A stretch of 63,621 nt of DNA, counting the filler, from Chiloscyllium plagiosum (taxonomy: Eukaryota): NCBI RefSeq assembly GCF_004010195.1. It is 3 parts of one record of this genome, joined end to end, with 100 filler letters (N's around TTAATTAATTAA, not from the genome) between each part and the next. Parts side by side here need not be neighbours in the genome. Positions count along the whole stretch, not along the records: positions 29,628 to 55,287 come from NC_057713.1; 2 more parts are not named here. One strand, written 5' to 3'. The position numbers and the translations under genes are program-made. The notes beneath the pieces were generated by a model, which was not told the origin of the DNA, did no database searches, and saw only the letters and a program-made list of their open reading frames with translations. Positions within the stretch are counted from its first letter, which is position 1; each line of letters begins with the position of its first letter. Of this stretch, positions 39,241 through 53,200 are shown in pieces.

Positions 39241-41202
39241 CAATACTAATAAGGTGAATCAGGCTATTAAAATTTAACAAGCTATGATTCTACTTAATTG
39301 GCAATTCACCTCTGCTTAGTGAGAAACTCACCACAATGTTTGTGAAGAACATAAGTGATGGACCAAGATGCTGCTGATGTTGATATAGTGTAGACCTCTC
39401 CAGATTTCGGGTTCATATGCTGCAAACGACATTGTAGCCTGCTTCACTCAGATCCCCATAAGATTCCGCTCAATATTTCAGATCGGTCACTTCAATAGTA
39501 TTATAGTGACTATAATGTAGCCTATTATTAGATTCAGTCAATGTAGTAAGAACATTTAAATTATAAAAACATTTATGATACTGAAAAGATTTAAAAACCA
39601 ATGTCAGTGAACCAATGCTGTTTCTTCATCCTGAATTGTGTGGGATTTCAACGTTACCCACAGCCACAACTTGAATATATCTGTTTTGTAAATGACATTG
39701 ATCAGATTTGTTTTTGTTGCAAACGAATGGCAATCTGCTGTGCTCAGACAAGCTGAACTTGTAATAAGCAGTGACTGTATACTTTACCTTGATTTCCAAA
39801 TATTGCAAGCAGTGAATTTTTATCACAATTGATTAACCATTTCAGTCTGAAGACATTCAATTCCAGATCAGTTTATATAGGTTCCATAATTACTGTAGTA
39901 GTCCAATTTGATTCAAAAAGAATATGATCAATATCACATGATTGTACTGCCTCATTCTCTTTCCCCTTCTGTACGATGGCCGATAGATATGCAACAAATC
40001 TGATCATATATGTTTGCTGATCATGTTTTAACTGTAGCTATCTCCATCATGGAAATCAACTGTAGGTCACCTCAGATTCTGATTAAGTATTGCACTGAAG
40101 GAGACAAAAAAATCATTATCAGCATTTGACTATGTATTTATTCTTTCTTTCATGAGATGTGGACTTCTCTGGATGGGCCAGTGTTTGTTGACGATTCCTG
40201 TTTGCAGTGATGGTGTTGTCTGGGACATAGTCATACTCATAAAATTATAACTTTCAGACAATATCAGGCTGTTGCTTGACTCATCTGTGGGTTAGATAGC
40301 ACTAGTCCTTTGGCACTAGTCCCAAAATATTATGAAGAAGAACTTTGCAGGGTTGACAGGGCTGAATGAATTGCAGCATGGCTGTTAGGGATGATTAAAA
40401 TGGATACAAATAAACACCCAGTAAGAACAACCTAGAGACCAATTGTAAGATTGTAACAAGATAAGTGGTTCAATATTAATTAGTTGAGGTTCTTTTACCC
40501 AGTAAATCTATAAAAGGAGGTACTAAAATTGTGAGTTGAATATATGAATGTTATATTTGATGAGCATTTGAGTGTTTTGTGAGTTTGTTGATACAGGATT
40601 GTTGTGCATTTGTAGGCTCTGATATTACATTATTACATCTACAATTTATAACAACCTTTGATCCATTTCACACCCAGAATAGAAGAGAAAATCCTCACAA
40701 TCTGGATCAGAATCTCCCTATTGCCACACCCTGAATAATCAGAGTCTATCGCCTGGTCAGAGATCTAAGTTTCGGTTATCTGTTCTGCTGCAAATCCATT
40801 CCAACAAAGGCCCAACCAATCACACTGTACAAATTGTTTTACTTTTCCAAGTATTTTTTGCATCTGTCTCGTGATGAGAAAAAGGTTTTGTTTTCATGCT
40901 TCCTTTTAGTTTTTCAGTTCTGTGATACCAAGCAATTGATAAAAAGTATGTATTTTAAATATATATAAAGCGAGAGTTAGAGCTTGGAGGGGATGAAGGT
41001 TTATCAACTCAATTGTCCCTTTTTGTAAGTTTACTTCCAACCGTGATGAACACCGATGAAGTTTATCCGCAATACTTTTTAGGATGTATTCCACTGTTTT
41101 ATTTCAAAAGAATGTTATTTTCTTCAAATACAGATTGAGCTATATCGTATCATACATGGTTCTTTAATAAAACAAGTCAACATTTATGGTTTGCATTTCC
41201 AG

Positions 41203-41359
41203 ATGTGCTACAGGTGAGGCCTGGCAGGAGATCATGTTATCTTGTCTCCCAGGAAGACATTGTGAAAAAGAGCCAACGCGTCATGAAACAGAGCTTAACT
41301 GTGGAACTTATTTTGCTTTCTTCTACTTTGTTAGTTTCTACATGCTGTGTGCCTTCTTG
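41203..41359 (+). CDS. CACNA1C: L-type voltage-gated calcium channel (Cav1) alpha-1 exon: domain IV pore loop and start of IVS6, (R)[52 protein letters not shown]
   Basis: ttccag|...|gtgagt, 157 bp, phase 2 in and phase 0 out. CATGEAWQ and SFYMLCAFL are diagnostic of Cav1. The family call is firm. The paralogue is assigned only by exclusion, since the exon lacks the CDPESD..GEE.TCG loop recalled for CACNA1D/F/S. Confidence 0.8.
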
Positions 41360-41418
41360 GTGAGTACACATCCAGAAGGATTCTTGGTATTTTCCATTTA
41401 ATGAATAAAGTATTCAGT

Positions 41419-41623
41419 TGAAATATATAGCGAAGGCGACCTCCAAACCGTCACGGTCGACGAACAGGAGCTGCGTGTCGTAGTTGAGGTTACGCACCTG
41501 GCGGAAAAAATACGTCGCCAGGAAGACTCCTATTTATATCTAGCAGACAGAGCTTCCTGATTGGGGCGGTTAATCTGATCCAATCAGGGAAATCACCTGG
41601 CTTACCTCATTACAATCACTACA
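41419..41623 (-). mobile_element. Solo LTR related to the Gypsy LTRs at 36099 and 38257, with a replaced internal segment
   Basis: Termini TGAAATA...ATCACTACA. 41523-41623 matches the LTR (GACTCCTATTTAT, CCTGATTGG, AATCAGGGAA, CACCTGGCT, TTACAATCACT). Confidence 0.75.
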
Positions 41624-44600
41624 GTTGCAGTTTATTTCCTTATCACACTCATTGTTTGCCATCTTCCTTGCACTCACTTTCATTTTCTATGCACAATTTT
41701 ACAATAAGTTGAGTATTTTCACCAACACTTCCTGGTTTAGTCTCTGCATGTCTCAATGAGAATTATTTATCTGATTGGTTGCAAAAGCATACTGCTTGCC
41801 TTGCTCTCACATAGCACTGAAAAGAGAATTTCTAAATAACACAAGTTATCACTGAAAAAAGTCATGAAAAGTATATGGCTAACATATACGTTTTGAAAGG
41901 CAAGTACTGTTCCTTTGCCACTGACAGTAAATCTGAGCCAATATTTAGGCATGGGAACTTGCATTACATTAATGCAGAGAGCACCAGCTGCATTCAGAGA
42001 TATCATATGAATCATATGGATTCCTTATGGACAGGTGATAAAATGTAGAGTGAAAATATATAATATAGTCCAATCACAATGTGAATACATGCCTTATCAG
42101 AGTATTAAATTATGACCATTAATTTCAGAATGAAACTATACATGGCTTTCAACATTTTATCAGCAATTTAGCAACTATGAGGAATAGTTATACATTAGTT
42201 AAAGCTCTTGAGCAAGTTCTTGGCTTATGTTTTAGAGTGGAAAAGACAAATCATTAACAGCCAGTAGCACTTCATTTTCAGAAACACAGAAACAGAAGTT
42301 GTTATGCATCAGACAGAAGAGGCAGACAATTCCTCATGTTACGTCTGGAGGGCCATGAGGGAAATCTCAACTCCCACGCACTGGGATATCCTCCAAGAGG
42401 GAAACCTTAGACAATTGCATTAGCCTCTTCGGGTAAACATGTTTTGCAGGTTTACGCTGTTAATTTTTAAAAAAAAGCGACGGAAAAAGTGGTGGAGGGG
42501 GTAGTGGAAACTTATCCCACAGGCAAAAGATTTCTTCTTCTCAATACCTTACTGCTTAGGGGTATTAGTGTCATAAAGGATGCCTTTTTGCATTGTATTA
42601 TGCCCTCAAAATTGGTAATAAAGTATCTCCCTTGTAAGTCTGTAGTACACAACTAGTCACTTTTTAGTTACTTAGGAATCAATGAAATATTACAATGGCA
42701 CACACAACAACAATAAGAACTTACATTTACATAGCACCTTTACTGTCCCAAGGTGTTGTTATTGTATTTCTCATAGTTGCTAAATTGCTGATAAATTCTT
42801 GAAAGCCACGTGTAGTTTTATTATGAAATTAATATTTGTAATTTAATATGCACACACAGTTAAACAACATATTACACAGACATATATGAATATATTTGCA
42901 TGTGGCTAAAAGCATGGTCAAATCAATGGACCTTAAAATTTTTTTAAAGTTGCAAAGTGACTGAGAGAGGTAATGTGCTGCATAGAGATTTAAACCAGCC
43001 ATTCCAGAGCTTGGGTCCTTGGCAGTATAAGGTACAGCCACCAATCATCAAGTGATTAAACTCAGGGATGTTCAACTGATCAAAATAAGCAGAACTCTGA
43101 AATCTTGGAGGTTTGTAGGGCTAGAGGAGATTGCAAAGATAGGCAGGGGTGAGATCAAGGAGGGGTCTGAATACAAGGTTGAGAATTTTAAAACTGAAGC
43201 ATTGCTTTACCAGGAAGCAAAATTAGCCAACAGCTTACAAAATAGAAAATTGTTCTTTTTTAATATCCAGGGATTTTTAAAAAATGCAAATTAGCTGTTG
43301 GGAAGGGTGGGGGAAGAAAAAAAAAGAGAGAAATGGTGAGGGAGGGAGATATTGAACAACAATAATGCAAGATATTTAAAACAAAGTAAATGACAATTAT
43401 CTAACAGCTACCTATTTGGTAGCAAAGACAAAAGGTTTTTAAAGAAAACATGCAGGTATTTGAAACTTTGAATTAATTTGAAAGGAATTGGGGCAACATT
43501 GAATACCAGGTGAAAATATTTCATCGAAAGATTTTACTGAACATCAATTTTTAATGAACATTTTAGATCACACCTGGTGTTGTAAACTCTTGTTGCACGT
43601 ACTCCTGGAAATTTAATCATGTGACCTACTTGATGCAACCTGTCCTTGTTTCCCTCACCCACAATGTCTCCTCATTTGTTATCTGACCTGTAAATCCTCC
43701 CAGACCCTACCTTCCCATGCCAGCTGAAACACAATTAAGGCTCTTCATTACTGGGTTAAATGATGCTTGGCTATCTATCAAACATCATTTACCCCCAGCC
43801 TCAACTTTTGAAATATTTGTTAATAGTAAGCCAAATGTTTTCAAAACAAAATGACATTTTTTTAATGCTTCTATTTTGTTCCTACAAGGTTGCTTGCAAC
43901 ATACTGGATATTAACCTTCAACTACTGAAGACTGTGGAACAATTCTAAAGGATTGGCCAATCTACTTACACCTGTACTTAGAATGACTCTCTTGATATTG
44001 CAAAATTGTTAAATTGGAATTTAGTATCCATTGTTTAGCTAAGACTGTCAAAACTGGGTCATGTCTTGTGAGGGAAACATCTGTTGCAAAACTGCCAATT
44101 TTCAGTGGATTAGATGGCCAAACTATAAGGACAGGAAGGATAGTGAATAGTTTCATACATGTTATCTAACATTCTAGCCCTGCTCAAGCATTTACCGGGA
44201 AAAATAATTTCCTTACAATTTGCAATGACCTGTCTAATCATTCTCGACTAAACAAATTACCTTCCATGGGGAAGATCCCCTTATGCCGCGTCATTTGTCG
44301 GAAAACAAAATCTCCCAATCCCCATAGGCACAATAACTAATGTTGACTAGGTTGCGTCCAAAAAAAGTGAAGGTGCCTAGACTCAAGCATGTCAGACATA
44401 ACGTCAAACTGTACAAAAAGGGCTCTTAAGTGGATGCGTACTAAGATGTTCAATTGATGGCTCATAGTTCAGAAGGTTTCCACAGGCAGCTGTGGAATTT
44501 ATAGTTTGTGCCAGCATCAGGGAAACCCTCCAAAACAATAACCCTTAAAAGAGGTTCCTTTCATTCAGGTCATGACCATGACTCATAAATTCTAACACTG

Positions 44601-45231
44601 TCACTGTTGAGGAATAGTCATTTGAAAAAATTCCATACAGTATGAACTTTTTCATAAAATACACACTGAGATTTCAACTGCACAAAAGCAAAATGTCAAT
44701 GTTATGACAAACCTTTTGTCTGGTTCCAACTCAATCATCATTGCAATCAAAACTGAGCTTGAGCCCAGGATAAGATTACCCTCTGACAGGATTAATTTGA
44801 TGCTCTCCAGGTGGGTCTACCAAATATCATTCATAATTATCTTGCTCTCAGTTCATGTTAGTTACTTTGTTTAGCATTTATTGAACTTAGAGTAATGCAT
44901 AAGTGCTAACTTTTTAATTCATGTGGTGCGTTCATTTGTAAATCTTTATTTTGAACCATTCCTCTGTAGAGGTATAGAAAAAGCTGCAAGGACTCTAAAA
45001 GGAGTACACTGCAAAAGTGTCAGCCAGCTGGAATTCCACACACCACAACTGCGACAAAGCTCCAAAATAAGTGCATTTGGTCAGCTTCCAGACAAATAGC
45101 AAGCTGTCCTTGCTGGGAGAAAAAACACATTAAATACACTTATTTCCATGCTTCATTGCAAACGTTATGTACAGGAGTACCATTCAGCTACCATTATCAA
45201 GGAATCCCGCACTTTTGGACAAAGTGATTCT

Positions 45232-45680
45232 TTACTGCATTGATAGCACTCTTGCCTCATGGGTTCATGGTTTAAGCTTCAGTCCAGGCACATGAGATCA
45301 TAATCTAGGGTAATACTTAATGCAGTACTACTGAAGCAGTGGTACACTGTTGGAAGTGATGCATTTTGGATGAGGCGTTAAGCAGAGGCTCTGTCTGCCC
45401 TGTCAGCTAGACTCATAAGATCCCATGGCAATACTGAAAGAAGAGCACGGGATTTCTCCTAACATCCAAGCCAACAATTATCATTCAACTAAAATGATGA
45501 AAACAGATGGTCTGTTCATTTATTTAATTACAGCTTGAGAGAGCTCGATGTACAAATGGACTGCCACGTTTCCCTCTGTTGTAACTATGACTACTCAAAG
45601 TATTTCAGTGGCTGTGAAGCATTATGTGATGTCCTAAAGTCATGAAAACCTTGTAGAATTGCACAATATTTCTTCCTTCT
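45232..45680 (+). mobile_element. Deu-domain SINE (SacSINE/AmnSINE-like), ancient
   Basis: TTGGATGAGGCGTTAAGCAGAGGCTCTGTCTGCCC...AAGATCCCATGGCA...GAAGAGCA matches the recalled Deu core. Second copy at 59510-60830. Confidence 0.75.
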
Positions 45681-48059
45681 ATGCACCTTAAACAAATGTA
45701 AAATATCAGTTTCTAAAAAATTCACGTTAGATAAGTAGAAACTATTATACATTTGGACAAAAATATGTGCAAAATGCTCATTTTTAGGATAAAACACAGT
45801 AGCTAAAAGGGAGCAATAGCCAGTTCTTAAACAAATGTCTACAAAAATACACTTAAAATTGCTCAATGTTCTATTTGTGAATTCATACCTACAGAAGCTT
45901 ACAAATGTAAAATAGATACATACTTAAGCCAATTGCCAATTTAAAAGTATTCATAAAACAGCTGTATAAATAGAAGGTCCTAGTCTTTTCTTTTACAGGA
46001 TTTTCAGACCTTAATCAGTAACATATTACTTTATACCATGGCTGGTCCCCGTGGTTTTCAGTAAAATATTTATACATTGTCCCTAGAATTCAGGGAAGCA
46101 GATGCATTCTTTTCTATGATTGACAGCTCAATATTTTATTTAAGGATTTCCAACACAAGTCATATATTTTATTTCCCAAAAACCATGCAGAAATCCTTCT
46201 TACAAACAACAAAGGGAAAAAAATTGTTCAGCCAAAGTATTCTGAAAATGTAAAACATAAATCAGCAGAGGAATGTGCATGACTTCTAATGATGTGGTTA
46301 TAAAGGAACGTGTGAAAGCAACAAACCAGTTAAGTTAACCCCTTTCTTTGCAGAAAGACTTTACTCCTTGACTAATATACTAATTTACATGAATGAGCTT
46401 TTGACCTGCCAAAGCAACAAGATAACATGCTAAGCATCTTTCAACATACCTGCTGCCTTTTCCACAAAGATGACCTTTGACTCTGCGAGGAAGTTGTGAC
46501 CACTTAAAATCATCATCTTTCCACCAATCACAGGATATCTGTCAATGCTTTGCTTTTCTATCAGTGGCAATTCTTGTGCAGATCTCTGAGCTGAGAGCAA
46601 CGGAATAAATTATTAGTCGTGTGCACTGAACCATCATTTCTAAGATCGACTGTATTTTACAATATTTCTTAATTAGCATGCTACAATAACTCTGCAATTG
46701 CTAATGTACTCATTTGATTGTCTGAGGAAAATTAAAACAGTATAAAGCACAGTTTCCAATCCAGTGATTAGAATCAAAAAATGGATATAAATTGTTTATA
46801 TTTTACTTTCAGTTTAGAGTGTTATGCAAGCTTTAATTTAGATAACAGCCTTAAATAGATGTATTTCTACTTCTAGAATTATTAAACAGGTAGCTGCAAA
46901 TGCAAAGACAATTATAACTCCCTCAGTCCCATACTGCCTCCTCCCACTAACAGTGCAAATGCTTTTCAATCAAACAGTTTAGGGAGCATCATCTACAATT
47001 TAAGCGATTCCTGACATCAGCTCTCTGTTACTGAAGTGCAAAATTGTCCAAGGTCTAAAACTGAATGACAAAAGTATTCAATCCTTTGTTTGTTACCATT
47101 TCAGTCTTGCACCAAGCTTTGCTTCACAAAATTGATGCCGGGCTGAAATTCCACATGGATTTCTTCTGTAATAACTCCAAAGGGAGACTGCGAAGCTTCC
47201 CTAGGAATTTTTTTGATCTAATGTCATACTAAAAAACTTTGATTCACTTTAATGAACTGGATGAATAAGGGCTTTTTTCGCGTAAATAGAGTTTTCACAC
47301 AAGGCAAACGTAGTCCTACAGGATTGTAGGGAAAAATTTGGGTCAACTGAGGAGCCATACATTTTCATTGGCAGAAAGTTACTATTCATAGCAGTGCTTT
47401 CTGTATTAACACTGGTTATTGGTGATATCGCAGAAGAATTGGTTTTAGGTTGCTTGCTCTTCACTATTTTTATTAGCTGGGAGGAATAAAGTCTCGGTAA
47501 GGTCCTAAACTGTACTAACATAGGTCCAAAATTGATGACTTTGGACAAGAATGGATGCAAGCAGACCTAGATGTAATGAAGTAAAATGTGACTTTAACCT
47601 GACAGAATATATTCAATTTGCATAAATACAGCATTTTAAACATTAGTAGAGTTTGTATCACAGATGTGCATTGAGATTGTTGACTGTTATATTCCATGAG
47701 TCCCTTAACAGTCAAGGCCAGTGTCTCAAGATAACAGAAGAAAACTGAGTAACAAGAATTGTTTAGATGCTCATTTTAATCTTTTTAAACGCCTCATAAA
47801 ATCACACATAACCCCTTCAAATCATAAGAACGCTTCAACCCAGAGTTTCAGCGTTGGTTGATTCCAGAATTCCCATTCCCAAACCCAGAGCTAGTAATTT
47901 CCGCTGGCCTAGGATAAGGAAGTGATAGTGACCCTCAGCCCTGCATTGTCATTTGGCTAGTTCAACCAAGAGAGTATACACATCTCATGGACTCCCACAG
48001 TTTTTGTGGGATCCAGACAGCTTCTTGGGCTCATGGTTCATGGCCGCTCTGAAAAGGTT

Positions 48060-50230
48060 ACAATATCAGCAGAGAAAAAGTACTGGAACAACTCAAGGAA
48101 CTGAAATTTGGCAAACCTCCAGGACTCGATGACCTACATCCTTGGGTTCTAAAGTGATAGCTGCAGAGAAGTGGACATGCTGGTCACAGTTTTTCCTAAG
48201 TTCACCAAATATTGGAACATTTCCAGCAGCTTAGAAGTTAGCAAGAGAGAGAGAGAGAATAAAATGAGGAACTACAGTACAGCTAACCAACATCACTGGG
48301 AACGTGGTGGTACATTTTATTAAGAAAGTCTTAACCATGCATTTAGAAAAACATTGCATGATCAAATTGGCTCTATATTTGTAGTGTGGGGAACACATGG
48401 AAATGGGACTGAGATGAAGAAGGTTACACTGAGGTACAGATCAACCATGTCTCTCTCCAAATCTTCTGGCCTACCACTAATGCTCACACATTGTATGCAT
48501 GTGCTTTCAATTTAATACAATCCTACAGTTTCTTACTTCGTCATGGACTATTTGTCTTTCTCACAGTCTTCCTTTTTTCATGGGATATATCTTTATTGGA
48601 AATTATTAACTATGTCCTGAAATGTCCATCACTATCCATACACTGTCTTATCTTTTAATCTATTTTGCAAATATACTTTAGCCAGTTCTGTCACATACCT
48701 TTGCAATTGCCTTATAATCAATACATTCAGATGCAGGTTTGTCACCCACAAATTGAATGTGATACTTTATCAGGTTATTTTCACTCTTCCCTATGGAAAT
48801 CTCTACTGTGCAATCAATAATTAATAACGCCTTATTACACATACCAGATCTTAAATAGCCTGTTCCCTAGTTGATTCCACATTTTATCATTCGAAGAAAC
48901 TGTCCCAAATGCACTTATTCTCAAGGCTATCCAATCTAAATGAACATGGAAGTTGCTCACGATTACTGTATTTTTCTTACAAGGCCTCATCATTTGTTTA
49001 TTTATACTCCACCGACAGATTAAGGGGAGTCTATAATTGCTTCATTGCCCTTTCCGAACCTTAGGTCCACCTAAAAATTGATTCGGCAACTTGATCTTCT
49101 GAGCTAATATCATTACTCACTGATGTATTGATCCCTTTCTTTACTAACAAAGCTATCCCACCTTATGCTTTCCTTTGCACATCACTCAGAAGTGTCTAGC
49201 ACACTTGAATATTTATTCCCCAGTCTTGGTCACCATATTTCTGCAATGATTATCATACCCATTTATTTCCCTTTATGCCATCAATTCACCCAACTTGTTA
49301 TAAATGCTGCATGCATTCAGATAACAAGTCTTTGATTTTTACTTATTACCATTTCCCTACTCTGACACTATTTCCTGATACAGTGTTATGTTTGTAGACT
49401 CTGTCCCTTCCTGGTAAGCATTGGTTGTCATAACCTATATCACAGCCCTGCACTTATCCTTGACCTTTCTCATTAACTTTCTAAATTTCCATGCACCTAA
49501 AAACCCTATCCTTCACTTTTTAGTTTGATGCCTTACCTAAGAACAGAACATTAAAATGTACGAGAAGTAAGCTACAGTGCCCTTTGAGCTTGCAATTCCA
49601 TTCAACAGCTGATCTGATGATGGACTTAATTCTGATTTTTTAAACTGTCCCTAAAAGCTTCACCTCTCAAAGATAATCAAAAATCTGTCTAACCTAGCTT
49701 TTAATATACTTAATTTAACATGGCACAGCATGTCAAAGTTTCAGAATCCTCCAAGAAGAAAATCATTCTAGTTTCTGCCTCAACATATTTTGAAACTATG
49801 CCACTTGTTCTGTACTCCCTTACAAGGGAAAACATCTTCAGCATTTGCTACGCCAAACCCCCTCTAAACCTTATGTGCTTCAATAAAATCATGTTTCATT
49901 CTTATTAACTCCAACAAACGAATGCCCAACTGGTTCAATCTTCCCTCCGAAGACATTCCCTGCATCCTAGGAATCAATCTAGCGAATGCTCTTTGCACTG
50001 TCTCCACTGGAAGTATTTCCCTCCTTAAATAAGGAAAATAAAACTGTATACAGTACTCAAGGTGTAGACTCACTAACAACCTGCACAGTCATAAATAGAC
50101 TTCCCTTCTTTTATACTTTCCCCTCTTGAAATAAAGGCCAACATTCCACTTATCTTCCTAACTACTTGTTTTGCTTACATACTAACTTTTAAGGATTCAG
50201 GACACCCAGATCCTTTTGCACTGCAGTTGT
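48060..50230. mobile_element. Heavily decayed CR1 fragments (+ then -)
   Basis: The minus-strand ORF LVSLHLEYCIQFYFPYLRREILPVETVQRAFARLIP is a CR1 RT C-terminus; decayed APE region adjacent. Confidence 0.7.
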
Positions 50231-53200
50231 TTTCCATTTATATAATATTATATTTTCCTCTACCACATTTCCCCCTGTTATGCTCCACAGTCATCAGGGT
50301 CAGAAGTCTCGTCATCCGGCTCATTTGCTTGTCAGATACCTTTCCACTCATGGTAGTGACTATCTTACATTCCTCCCTTCCTTTTGACTCTTCCTACTAA
50401 TTTTGGGATACTTTTAGTGTTTTCTACCACCAAGACAAATATAAAATTCCACCTGAATATCTGATTTACATGACAATGGTCACAGCATGGTTTAAGAGAA
50501 AACCATCGCAACAGAACAGATATAGTTCCGCAGATAGTCTCCCTAACGAAGAGCTTTTGCCCGAAACGTCAATTTTACTGCTCCTCGGATGCTGCCTGAA
50601 CTTCTGTGCTCTTCCAGCACCACTAATCCAGAATCCCTAATACTAATGTCAGGGTCTCATGATTTCAAACCCATTCCTCTCACACCAAAAACTTTACACC
50701 ACACATTCAATGCTCTGATCGTACTAGGTCTATGCCAGTCAAATCAAGTTGCAACCCGTCCTCAAGCTGGTCTCTTAAGCCCTGGTACAATTCTGGTGAA
50801 TTTCCAATTTTGTCTCTTAAGATGATTTTTGCCTTTTTTGATCGTTGGCCCTCAAAACAGTACGCACTGTTCCAGACGGTGCATGACTAAGATTCTGAAT
50901 AATTAAAACATCACTATCTAATTTTCTTTTATTCTAACTACATTGTGGTAAAGTCTAGCATACAATTAGCCTTTTGTATTACTTTTTCTATTTATACGTT
51001 AGCTTCACAACCTTCTCAACTTACTTTCCCCGCATAGTTTTGAATGTGAATCCATGCCCAAGTGAGTCACACACTACCCTTCGCTCAAATTGTCAAGATA
51101 GTAAATTGTTGTATGATATATAAAATTTTGGGTTTTCTGTTGTATCAAATAAAATCATGGGTACTTTGTTTGAAATTGTGCATTAAGAAAGTCAGAGAAG
51201 CATTGATTAAAGATAGGGTATACACAATTAGAGGTTGTAGGTGCATTGTTTGAAAGCCTAGTGTATGAGTTGAAGGTGTAAACATTACAGAGTCAATTTA
51301 CCATGTGCTGGAATACTGCACTAAGACTAACCACTGAAAAACCATTTTGGCTAAAATAAGATTCAGCGGATGGTACTAATCAGTACCAGAAATCACACAT
51401 AAAGCAAGCATGCCTGCATCCAGTCAACCTCAATATAGACGTCTATAATGTAGTGTTAAATGTAAGGCAAACTAACACGTAACTCCGCAATGACTTTTAC
51501 ATCCAGCTCAACATTAGGCAATATGTTTCTTCACAATAACACTACGTTTTTTCCCCGTTGTTGCTACAAGAAATTTTATGAAATTTAGTTTTCCTGATTG
51601 TTGGTTTTCTGGTTTGGTTCTGAGCTACACCTATCAGTTATGCTGAAGATTCTACCATGAATCAGTACTGAATAAAATTGAGGTCAGTTGTACTCAACCA
51701 CATGGCTGCATAATTCATAATCATTCCAAGTTCATCATGCAGAACATACAACTTAGAGAAGGTTCCAGCAGAAGAACAACATTGAAAGAGAAAAACAAAT
51801 CTAAAACGAAAGCTAGATGGTGCTCAGACAAGTATTTGGAAGTGGATAATGTTAATATTAGTGTTTGTGACACAGTCCTTTTCAGAGTTTTTTTTATATA
51901 TCAGTAACTCCTATAAGCAGAAAATATAGACAAATAACTTCCTTCATTTATGTAGTCTCATGTGCTGTGCAGAATGTAATGCACCATGGTGGTATTATGC
52001 ACATACAGCTGTTTACAGAGTTTTACCAGCCTGTCAGGAGGAAATGTAAGGTGACAAGTCTCACTACAAACAATGCTATTGGAAAAGCATATACAAAACT
52101 TCGAGTTATGCAAGTTTTCTCGTGCCTCCTAAAATATTAATGTGCAAAATCTAAACAAAATCAAGCAAAAGCATCTAATTGCAACTCATTTCACTTAGAC
52201 ATAGCCATTGCCAACTTTCTTTTTTTATTTTTTTTCCTGGGATGTGGACATCACTGGCTAGGACAGCATTTGTTGCCCATTGCTAACTGCCTTTAAACTG
52301 AGTGATTTGCTGTGAATCTAGATGCACACACAGGCCAGACTGGGTAAGGATGGCGGATTTCTTTCCATAAAAGATGTAAGTGAGCTGTGCAAAGCTCGTA
52401 ATCTTGTGATGCTATTATATGATGCAAGTGAGTGTGTGCCAAGTCCCTCTGTTTGAGAGAGGCTGCAGGCAAACCAAGAACATAAGTGCACAGCTCCCAT
52501 GTTCGAAGTAGAAATGCTCAAAATGAAGGGCAAGTTGGAAGGTCAATGCTGCAATGTTACAGCTCTGTTTCTGGTCTGCACTCAGGATTTAATCTTCCAG
52601 TGGGAGCACTGAACTTACCCCCATCTAAAGTTATGATAGGCATTCAGAATAATTCTCATTTAGTTTTTGGTTTATTCATTTATGAGATGAGAGTATTACT
52701 TGAAAGGTGAGCATTTATTGTCCTACCACAATGGTCCGAGAACTAAGTAGCTTTCTGGACCATTTCAGATAGCAGTTAAGAGTCAACCACATTGCTATGG
52801 ATCTGGTGTCACACATAGGCCAGACCTTGTGAGGATGGCAGATTTCCTTCCCAAAAAGGAATGTTAGTGAAGGTAATGGGTTTTTAAGACAATCAATAGT
52901 GCTTACATGGTCACCATTAGCCGAGTTTTTTTAAAAAGCAAATTCTCAATATTTATTGAATTTAAATTTCACCATCTGCTGCAGTGGGATTTGAACACAT
53001 GTCCTCAGAACATCAGTTTGGGACTCTGGATTACTAATTCAGTGACATTACCACAATGCTGCCACCACAATTCAATCTACCTAAAGCAGAAAGTGAATTA
53101 TACTTACAGCATTCAATTGGGTTTGATGAAACCTGCAGTGAGATACTTCTACCGTTTGGTTGTGGAATATGTACACGAAAGACTAGTCTCACTCTCGTAT

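Noticed and set aside
40243..40280. AATTATAACTTTCAGACA...CAGGCTGTT, resembling the Cav1 NNNFQTFPQAV exon
   Set aside because: The frame breaks after NFQT, there are no suitable splice sites or VFGKIAL upstream, and the stretch looks like a decayed minus-strand LINE fragment.
26063..41203. Possible collagen-Cav1 fusion or nested gene
   Set aside because: An artificial contig spacer lies between them and the splice phases are incompatible (0 versus 2).
41430..41444. GCGAAGGCGACCTCC, resembling a 16S rRNA motif
   Set aside because: The similarity does not extend on either side; not an rRNA fragment.
43889..43948. Acceptor-like cctacaag followed by VACNILDINL, resembling Cav1 RVACKRLVSMNM
   Set aside because: Only three residues match, a stop follows within 20 codons, and the recalled exon boundary falls after VACK.
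47249..47560. 103-aa minus ORF with a hydrophobic open frame on the plus strand
   Set aside because: No family motif or splice support that I can recognise; BLASTX would be needed to rescue it.
51434..51447. 14-bp perfect palindrome TATAGACGTCTATA
   Set aside because: Several palindromes of this size are expected by chance in 63 kb.
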